Assembly: GCA_002345215.1 (NCBI GenBank)
Contig: DDVH01000052.1
Span: 2,522 to 66,521 of the forward strand
Direction: 5' to 3'
DNA from: Anaerolineales bacterium UBA2317
GTDB lineage: Bacteria; Chloroflexota; Anaerolineae; Anaerolineales; Villigracilaceae
Length of the DNA stretch: 64,000 nt
In this document: positions 57,301 through 64,000 of the stretch, piece by piece
Numbering within the stretch: position 1 is the first letter of the stretch
Layout: the number at the start of each line of letters is the position of its first letter
Made by a program: the position numbers and the translations under genes
The notes under the pieces: model-generated
The model's database searches: none
What the model was told of the DNA's origin: nothing
What the model saw: the letters and a program-made list of their open reading frames with translations, nothing else

Positions 57301-58946
57301 TGAAAAAATATTTAGTAATTTTATTTTCTTTTTTCCTGCTTGCTTGTTCAACAGGGACGCCACAAGTTACAAACACCCCTGAAATAATTGTCACTGCTTC
57401 ACCAACCAGCACATCCACACCATTACCACCTTCATTATGGATTAGTGATTCAGTGCCTGATAATTTGCGCGAACTGGCTCAAACATTTGATATTCCAATT
57501 GTTGATGATATTAATTCTGCGACGCAAACATTCGATATATCTGATTCAGGTTCTACATGGATTTATGCACTCGTCGCTTCTTTTCCTACGGTGACGGATG
57601 ATATTGCTTCGGATGCATTAATCTCCATTTGGAAAGGCGAATCTGCTGAACGGAAGTTAATCATGGCAGAATCAACTTTGCAGGTGTTTACTGCTAAATG
57701 GGGCGAACCAAGCCGAAGTCAAGTAAGAAGCGTGGATTCAAATCAGTTATTAGATGAAGCGTGGAATGATTTATCAGTATGGGCAATCATCCCGTTTGAA
57801 GAAATTAATCCGAAATGGAAAGTGATAAGTGTAGATAATCAATCTCCAATTCGCAAAGAGTTTGATGAAAACCTTTATGAATTGAAAATTACTTTTGGTG
57901 TTGATGGTTTTGATTTACCCGAATCAAATCGCGATGAAACAAAATTAACTACAGTTGTATTAACAGGCGTAACCGCATTAGTGCGTGCGACTGCATTTAC
58001 AATGGAAACCAAAGGTGTGACGCGCCCCGGCGAATTGATTTACGATTGGTTATACAACGCGGATGTCACGCACATCAGCAATGAAGTGCCGTTTGATCCA
58101 AGTTGCCCATACCCGACACCGGGTTATACAAATTTTATTTTATGTAGTGACCCGAAATATTTTGAATTACTGCAATATGTTGGCACGGATATTGTTGAAT
58201 TAACAGGCGACCATTTTGCAGACCGTGGCACACAAGCCATGTTAGATACTTTGGAAATTTACAAACAAAATAATATTCCATATTATGGCGGCGGAGCAAA
58301 TGAAGATGAAGCGCGTTTGCCTGTTTTGTTAGAAGTAAATGGAAATAAAATTGCATTTATGGGGTGCAATGGCAAACGCGGATATACGTTCGTGAAAGCA
58401 ACGGATATAAAACCTGGTGCGGCAAATTGCGATTATGAATTTTTTACTCAGCAAATTCAAGATGTGAAGTCACAAGGTTATATGGTGATTTTTACTTTTC
58501 AACATGAAGAGTGTTATCACGTTGGTCCGTGTTATGCGCATGAAAATGATTTTCGAACTGTAGCAGATGCAGGCGCGACAATTGTGAGTGGAAGTCAAGC
58601 GCATTATCCGCACTTGATGGAATTTCGTGGTGATACATTTATCCATTATGGTTTGGGAAATTTATTCTTCGACCAAATGACTTATGAATTACCTGATGGC
58701 TCCATCATTGATGGAACTCGCCGTGAATTTATTGACCGTCATGTTTTTTATGATGGAAAATATTTTGGTGTGGAATTATTGACTGCTATGCTTGAAGATT
58801 TTTCACGTCCACGACCGATGAATGAACGTGAACGAGAACAATTTTTATCTGAATATTTTTTTTATAGCGGCTGGGCGGATTTATCCCCAACTCCAATTCC
58901 GCAACCGACTGTGACTCTTACGCCGATTGTGTTGCCAACGCCTTAA
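57300..58946 (+). CDS. CapA/PGA_cap-family metallophosphoesterase-like lipoprotein
   Basis: ATG 57300 overlaps the menC TAA; lipobox LLAC; TGDH, GSQAH and YGLGNLFFDQ. Confidence 0.85.
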   Translation: MKKYLVILFSFFLLACSTGTPQVTNTPEIIVTASPTSTSTPLPPSLWISDSVPDNLRELAQTFDIPIVDDINSATQTFDISDSGSTWIYALVASFPTVTDDIASDALISIWKGESAERKLIMAESTLQVFTAKWGEPSRSQVRSVDSNQLLDEAWNDLSVWAIIPFEEINPKWKVISVDNQSPIRKEFDENLYELKITFGVDGFDLPESNRDETKLTTVVLTGVTALVRATAFTMETKGVTRPGELIYDWLYNADVTHISNEVPFDPSCPYPTPGYTNFILCSDPKYFELLQYVGTDIVELTGDHFADRGTQAMLDTLEIYKQNNIPYYGGGANEDEARLPVLLEVNGNKIAFMGCNGKRGYTFVKATDIKPGAANCDYEFFTQQIQDVKSQGYMVIFTFQHEECYHVGPCYAHENDFRTVADAGATIVSGSQAHYPHLMEFRGDTFIHYGLGNLFFDQMTYELPDGSIIDGTRREFIDRHVFYDGKYFGVELLTAMLEDFSRPRPMNEREREQFLSEYFFYSGWADLSPTPIPQPTVTLTPIVLPTP

Positions 58947-59057
58947 GTCTTATTGGTCTTACAGGTTGGCAGGCGTTTTTTGAATTGCACGAGTAAGGCG
59001 TTGTAAGCTTTGCGCTTAATGTTTTGAATATTCATGATTTTACCTTTTAACAAATTA

Positions 59058-59477
59058 TCATTCATGAAGTGAGGGCAAGCTCTTTTTTATTGTCCAATTA
59101 GGTGGTTTTGGTAACAAGATGAACATAATATAGTAGAGTGGCATTCCTAAATAAGGAAACACAAAGAAGGAAAATATAGCAATAGTTCTTATAACGTCAG
59201 AAACATTATTGTTTTTGATTGTATGGAATATATAAAATCCTACCAAAACATAAATCAGGACATTTAATGAACATATTACTGGAAATCCAAAAGTAGACAT
59301 GGCTTCAAAAGAATTAAAAGGGAATTTGTTGGGAGGAAAATCATTTGATGGTAAATTTGCTGCTGTTGCCATTGAAAAAAGCATATAGAACCAGAACAAA
59401 ATTAAGAGAAAGGGAATAAGGAATACAAATACTGTTGCTACTCCAACAAATATTTTAACAGTCTTAGATAGATACAT
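59058..59477 (-). CDS. AT-rich hypothetical membrane protein (about 3 TM)
   Basis: Probable ATG 59477 after AGAAGGG; hydrophobic segments. Confidence 0.65.
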   Translation of the reverse strand: MYLSKTVKIFVGVATVFVFLIPFLLILFWFYMLFSMATAANLPSNDFPPNKFPFNSFEAMSTFGFPVICSLNVLIYVLVGFYIFHTIKNNNVSDVIRTIAIFSFFVFPYLGMPLYYIMFILLPKPPNWTIKKSLPSLHE

Positions 59478-59714
59478 TTCAATTGCCCTTCTGTTGATAT
59501 ATAAAGGAACGACCACCGGTTTGCTTTATACTACTTCGTGGCACAAGCCTGCGCCGGGGTGGCGAAGCCGTTCAACCAGAATATTGCATAACAGCATTAT
59601 ACATTCGTCAATTTACAAGAGCAAGAACCCACCTCCCACTTTCCACTTTCCACTTTCTACTCCACCATTTCGAGTAAAATATCCCCGTTCTTACTTTATT
59701 TCACGAGGTTATTA

Positions 59715-60098
59715 ATGAAAAAGAAAGTTATCCACTCCGATAAAGCCCCCAAAGCCATTGGACCCTACTCACAAGCCATCAAAACCGATTCAATGGTTTA
59801 TACAGCAGGTCAAATTGGTTTTGACCCTGCCAGCATGGAAATTGTCGCAGGTGGGGTAGAAGCAGAAACCCGCCAAGCACTCACCAACCTAAAAAACATT
59901 TTAGAAGCCGCAGGTTCAGGGCTTGAACATGTCGTCAAAACCACAGTGTTTTTGCAAGATATGGCGGATTTCCCCAAAATGAACGCAATTTATACCGAAT
60001 ATTTTCACGAGAATCCGCCAGCCCGCAGTACTGTTCAAGTTGCCGCACTTCCCAAAGGTGCATTGGTTGAAATTGAAGCAGTTGCCTTACTTGCATAA
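59715..60098 (+). CDS. ridA: RidA/YjgF family reactive-intermediate deaminase
   Basis: APKAIGPYSQA, VKTTVFL, PPARS and VEIEA motifs. Confidence 0.95.
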   Translation: MKKKVIHSDKAPKAIGPYSQAIKTDSMVYTAGQIGFDPASMEIVAGGVEAETRQALTNLKNILEAAGSGLEHVVKTTVFLQDMADFPKMNAIYTEYFHENPPARSTVQVAALPKGALVEIEAVALLA

Positions 60099-60121
60099 TT
60101 AGGATTATTTCAAAAAGAATC

Positions 60122-60196
60122 TCACCACAGAGAACACTGAGTTCACAGAGAAATACAAAACAAAAACCTCTGTGTTCTTTGTGGGCTCTGTGGTAA
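60122..60196. repeat. CACAGAG-type palindromic element
   Basis: ACCACAGAGAACACTGAGTTCACAGAG...CTCTGTGTTCTTTGTGGGCTCTGTGGT. Confidence 0.82.
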
Positions 60197-60199
60197 ATT

Positions 60200-61216
60200 T
60201 TGAAAATGCAAAACCTTCCTTTCGTCTCTATTATCGTCCCTTGTTATAACGAAGAAAAAACCATTCAGCATTTATTGAATGGTATTTTTTCGCAAACCTA
60301 TCCACGAGAAAAAATGGAAGTCGTCATTTCAGATGGTTTATCTACCGATGGAACGATTCAAGCCATTGAAGCATTTCAACAAAATCATCAAGGCTTACAA
60401 ATTCGCGTGGTGATGAATCAAGCGAGGACAATTCCTTCAGGTTTGAATCAAGCCATCACTGAGTCAAGAGGCGAGATTATCATCCGCTTAGATGCACACT
60501 CCATGCCGATTCCTGAATATGTACAAAGATGTGTATTCGCGCTTCAATCAAACAAAGGGACAAATGTTGGAGGCGTCTGGGAAATTCGCTCAGGGTCAGC
60601 CACTTGGATTGCAGAATCAATTTCGTTAGCGGCGGCGCATCCGCTCGGCGTAGGTGACGCGATGTATCGCTTGAATGCAAGTGCTGGCGCAGTGGATACA
60701 GTTCCATTTGGTTCTTTTTATAAAAGTTTGATTGAAAAAATCGGTGGCTTTGATGAAACCCTATTAGCCAATGAAGATTATGAATTCAATACGCGTGTGC
60801 GCGAATCAGGTGGCATTGTTTATCTTGACCCTGAAATTCGTTCAGTATATTTTTCACGCAGTACGTTAAAACAATTAGCCATTCAATATTTTCGCTACGG
60901 CTTTTGGAAGTTAAAAATGCTCAAACGCTATCCGCACACCTTGCGATGGCGGCAAGCATTGCCGCCCGTTTTTGTGTTAAGCCTTCTCGCGTGGGTTGTG
61001 TTATCCTTGTGGTTGCCGATTGCATTTTATTTATTGGTTGTGCAATTATTTCTATATTTTTTTATTTTGGGGTTCGCAGGCTTACGGCTTGCATTTGTCA
61101 AAAAGAAAGGGTACTTCATTTTAGGAATTCCGCTTGCCATCGCGACCATGCACATTGCGTGGGGCGCAGGTTTTTTATGGAGCGGCATTTCAAGTTTGTT
61201 TAATAAAAATGGCTGA
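60200..61216 (+). CDS. Glycosyltransferase family 2 (ExoA-like)
   Basis: IVPCYNEE, DGLSTD, RLDAH and NEDYEFN motifs. Confidence 0.92.
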   Translation: MKMQNLPFVSIIVPCYNEEKTIQHLLNGIFSQTYPREKMEVVISDGLSTDGTIQAIEAFQQNHQGLQIRVVMNQARTIPSGLNQAITESRGEIIIRLDAHSMPIPEYVQRCVFALQSNKGTNVGGVWEIRSGSATWIAESISLAAAHPLGVGDAMYRLNASAGAVDTVPFGSFYKSLIEKIGGFDETLLANEDYEFNTRVRESGGIVYLDPEIRSVYFSRSTLKQLAIQYFRYGFWKLKMLKRYPHTLRWRQALPPVFVLSLLAWVVLSLWLPIAFYLLVVQLFLYFFILGFAGLRLAFVKKKGYFILGIPLAIATMHIAWGAGFLWSGISSLFNKNG

Positions 61217-62648
61217 TATTTATAGACCTTCATTGCGTTTGCGCCCCGGCGAACAACGTTCCATTTTGTTGCTGGGCGATTTTATTGCATCGGTTGGTGC
61301 AATGGCTGGCGCAATTTATTTTTGGTATGAATACTTACTCTACAACTTAATCGAAAGCGGTCTTCCACAAGGCAGAGCAGAACGGCTCATTCAAATTGAT
61401 GTACCGTTTTGGTTTTATCTTTTACCTTTGGTTTGGTTATTGTTGATGATTGAGTCCTATGACGTACACACCGCAGGCGATTGGCGTAAAACGTTACGTG
61501 GCATTGCTGTTGCGCCAATTGTGGGCTTATTAGGTTACTCTCTGATTTTTACATTTAACACCGACCCAACCTCTCTGCCACGTATTGCAGTGGGTGCATT
61601 TCTCGTACTCGCTTCTTTCTTGACCTTGGCTTGGCGTGGTGCCTTCATCCGAATCTACACCTCATCAGGGTTAACACGCCGTGTGTTAATCGTCGGTGCT
61701 GGGAAAGCCGGGCGTTCTTTGGTAGATGCCTACCGAAAAATTTCGCCACTTCCTTTTCAATTAATCGGCTTTATTGATGATGATCCTGCCAAGAAAAAAT
61801 ATTCTTATCAAAATTACTTTGTTATTGGTGATAGCGAACATTTATTAGATATTGTAGAAGAGTATCGAATTTCTGATGTGGTCGTAGCGATTAATGGCGA
61901 AATTAAAGGCGAGACCTTTCAAACTATATTAGATGTGCAAGAACAAGGCATCGAAGTGATGCGAATGCCGATTCTGTACGAAGAATTAACACAACGTGTG
62001 CCTATTGAACATCTCGAATCCGATTGGGTGATTCGTTCGTTTGTTGATCAAGTACGAGTCAGCGCGATGTATGAATTATCAAAACGTTTAATGGATATCT
62101 TGGGTGGCGTTCTCGGCACAATCATTTTTGTGATTGTATTTCCATTTATATCATTAGCTATCGTATTAGAAACAGGCTTTCCTATTTTTTATTCTCAGCC
62201 ACGTTTAGGAAAAGGTGCAATCTTATTTAATATTTACAAATTTCGCACAATGAAACAGAATGCTGAAGAAGATGGAATTAAGAATGCGCAAGAAAATGAT
62301 CCGCGCGTAACTCGTGTAGGCAGTTTTTTGCGTAAAACTCGTTTAGATGAAATGCCTCAATTTTGGAATGTGTTACGTGGTGAAATGAGTTTAGTAGGTC
62401 CGCGTGCCGAAAGACCTGAGTTAGTAGCAGAATATCAAAAACAAATTCCGTTTTATCGTGCTAGATTATTAGTAAAGCCCGGTCTCACAGGTTGGGCGCA
62501 AATAAATTATGGTTATGTTGCTACAATTAAAGAAACTGTAGTCAAACTTGAATATGATTTGTACTACATCAAACACCGTACTTTGGGCATGGATTTTAGT
62601 ATTGTGCTTCGGACAATCGGTACTGTGATCAGAAGGACAGGTAGATAA
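61209..62648 (+). CDS. Priming glycosyl-1-phosphate transferase (WcaJ/WbaP-like)
   Basis: Probable start ATG 61209; N-terminal TMs, IVGAG, KFRTM, RLDEMPQ and SLVGPRAER. Confidence 0.92.
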   Translation: MADIYRPSLRLRPGEQRSILLLGDFIASVGAMAGAIYFWYEYLLYNLIESGLPQGRAERLIQIDVPFWFYLLPLVWLLLMIESYDVHTAGDWRKTLRGIAVAPIVGLLGYSLIFTFNTDPTSLPRIAVGAFLVLASFLTLAWRGAFIRIYTSSGLTRRVLIVGAGKAGRSLVDAYRKISPLPFQLIGFIDDDPAKKKYSYQNYFVIGDSEHLLDIVEEYRISDVVVAINGEIKGETFQTILDVQEQGIEVMRMPILYEELTQRVPIEHLESDWVIRSFVDQVRVSAMYELSKRLMDILGGVLGTIIFVIVFPFISLAIVLETGFPIFYSQPRLGKGAILFNIYKFRTMKQNAEEDGIKNAQENDPRVTRVGSFLRKTRLDEMPQFWNVLRGEMSLVGPRAERPELVAEYQKQIPFYRARLLVKPGLTGWAQINYGYVATIKETVVKLEYDLYYIKHRTLGMDFSIVLRTIGTVIRRTGR

Positions 62649-63572
62649 ATGAAATATCTAATCACAGGCGGAGCGGGCTTCATCGGCTCACATATTGCAA
62701 ATACACTTTTGAAAAGTGGAAAAGAAGTTCGCATCTTTGATAATTTTTCATCAGGGAAAAGAGAAAACTTGCAAGGCTTAGATGTCGAAATCATAGAGGG
62801 TGATTTGCGAAATGATGACGATGTAAACAAAGCAACAAAAAATATTGACATTATTTTTCATGAAGCGGCTTTTGTTTCGGTTCCAGAATCAATGGAAAAG
62901 CCACAAGAATGTTTAGATGTCAACGTGACGGGAACGTCGAAGCTGTTTGAAGCAGCTCGGAGGTCAGGGGTGAAGCGTGTGGTGGTTGCATCCAGTGCCG
63001 CAGTGTACGGCGATTCAGAAGCATATCCATTATCAGAAGATACACCTTTGAAACAATTATCGCCGTATGCGGTTTCAAAACGAATTGACGAAATGTATGC
63101 AGAGTTATTTACGAATCAATTTGGTTTGGAAGTTGTGGCGTTGAGATATTTCAATGTCTATGGTCCGCGCCAAAGACCTGACTCAATGTATGCCGCCGCC
63201 GTGCCAATTTTTATCCGCAGAATTTTAGATAACAAACCAATCACAGTTTATGGTGATGGCGGACAAACGCGCGATTTGGTAAATGTAAAAGATGTTGTGC
63301 AAGCGAATTTATTAGCATCGGAACACCCAAACGCGCCCGGACAAATCTTCAATGTTTGTACTGGTGTTGAAACAAAATTACTGGATTTGCTTGATATTCT
63401 TTACAAAATTTTTCCGAATGCTCCAAAGCATGTTCATGCCGAACCTCGAGCAGGTGATATTTATCGTTCTATTGGAACACCGAAGAAAATTATGGAAACA
63501 CTTGGTTTCAAACCGCAAGTTTCTTTAGCAGATGGTTTAGCCGAAGCCGTGGAAGTAATGCGTAATTCGTAA
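62649..63572 (+). CDS. NAD-dependent epimerase/dehydratase
   Basis: TGGAGFIGS, YAVSK and RYFNVYGP motifs. Confidence 0.93.
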   Translation: MKYLITGGAGFIGSHIANTLLKSGKEVRIFDNFSSGKRENLQGLDVEIIEGDLRNDDDVNKATKNIDIIFHEAAFVSVPESMEKPQECLDVNVTGTSKLFEAARRSGVKRVVVASSAAVYGDSEAYPLSEDTPLKQLSPYAVSKRIDEMYAELFTNQFGLEVVALRYFNVYGPRQRPDSMYAAAVPIFIRRILDNKPITVYGDGGQTRDLVNVKDVVQANLLASEHPNAPGQIFNVCTGVETKLLDLLDILYKIFPNAPKHVHAEPRAGDIYRSIGTPKKIMETLGFKPQVSLADGLAEAVEVMRNS

Positions 63573-63577
63573 CTTAA

Positions 63578-64000
63578 ATGTCCTCTCGCACTCACATTCG
63601 CAATCGTTTTGTCTTAATAGGTGATATCGCCCTCATCATCGTTTCGGTGTTGGGAAGTTTTGCTTTAAGACTCGATGTGAGTCAATTACCGTTTTATTTC
63701 CCAGCAGTTTTGATAATGTGTGCAGTTGCACTGATTGTAAAAATCCCAACCTATTATTTTTTTGGTTTATATCGCCGCTTGTGGATGTATGCTAGCACGA
63801 ATGAATTGAGATTAATCACAATTGCTGTCACAACCGCTTCTGTCTTGACCTCTGGCTTGATGTTGTTACTAATTGCATTTGATTTAATCAAACCCGGTAT
63901 GCCACGTTCTGCCTTAGGCATTGACTGGTTAATTTCCTTAATCCTTATTGGTGGTTCACGATTTGCATTAAGAATCCTTGCGGAACAAAATAATAATTTA
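63578..64000 (+). CDS. N-terminus of a CapD/PglF-like nucleotide-sugar dehydratase (runs off the window)
   Basis: Read manually: MSSRTHIRNRFVLIGD...FFGLYRRLW...ELRLI...PRSALGIDW...GGSRFALR; four TM segments typical of that family. Confidence 0.82.
   Translation, partial: MSSRTHIRNRFVLIGDIALIIVSVLGSFALRLDVSQLPFYFPAVLIMCAVALIVKIPTYYFFGLYRRLWMYASTNELRLITIAVTTASVLTSGLMLLLIAFDLIKPGMPRSALGIDWLISLILIGGSRFALRILAEQNNNL

Overview
A 64 kb stretch of AT-rich bacterial chromosome. Gene content and protein style suggest Chloroflexota, Anaerolineales-like (inference, not a database result). It is mostly housekeeping: cdaR/cdaA, coaE, RNase P RNA, recJ, tgt, uppP, ruvB-DUF2905-queA, family-5 UDG, pdp, ndk, rsfS, thpR, tRNA-Val(CAC), selB, ridA and the start of a polysaccharide locus. 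I found no CRISPR array, integrase, transposase or phage gene. Best candidates for undescribed systems: (1) a MacAB/FtsX-type ABC exporter operon (16.1-26.2 kb) with two different ATPases, one fused to a cNMP-binding-like domain and carrying a degenerate signature, and with two soluble GAF histidine kinases sharing an unusual HWxGNK H-box nested inside; (2) a three-gene NuoL/M/N-Hyf-like membrane module with altered proton-pathway residues, followed by a long coiled-coil gene and selB, with no catalytic hydrogenase subunit in the window; (3) many small palindromic and 7-9 nt tandem repeats, some inside coding sequence, two of which appear to form lipoprotein signal peptides. Also notable: a degenerate copy of the rnpB 3' end, a CoaE-GNAT-like fusion, a peptidase S51-CysRS-tail fusion, a TPR protein with about 17 PDWL-like motifs, and several apparently leaderless genes. 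All protein family calls come from motif recognition by eye, not from HMM searches.
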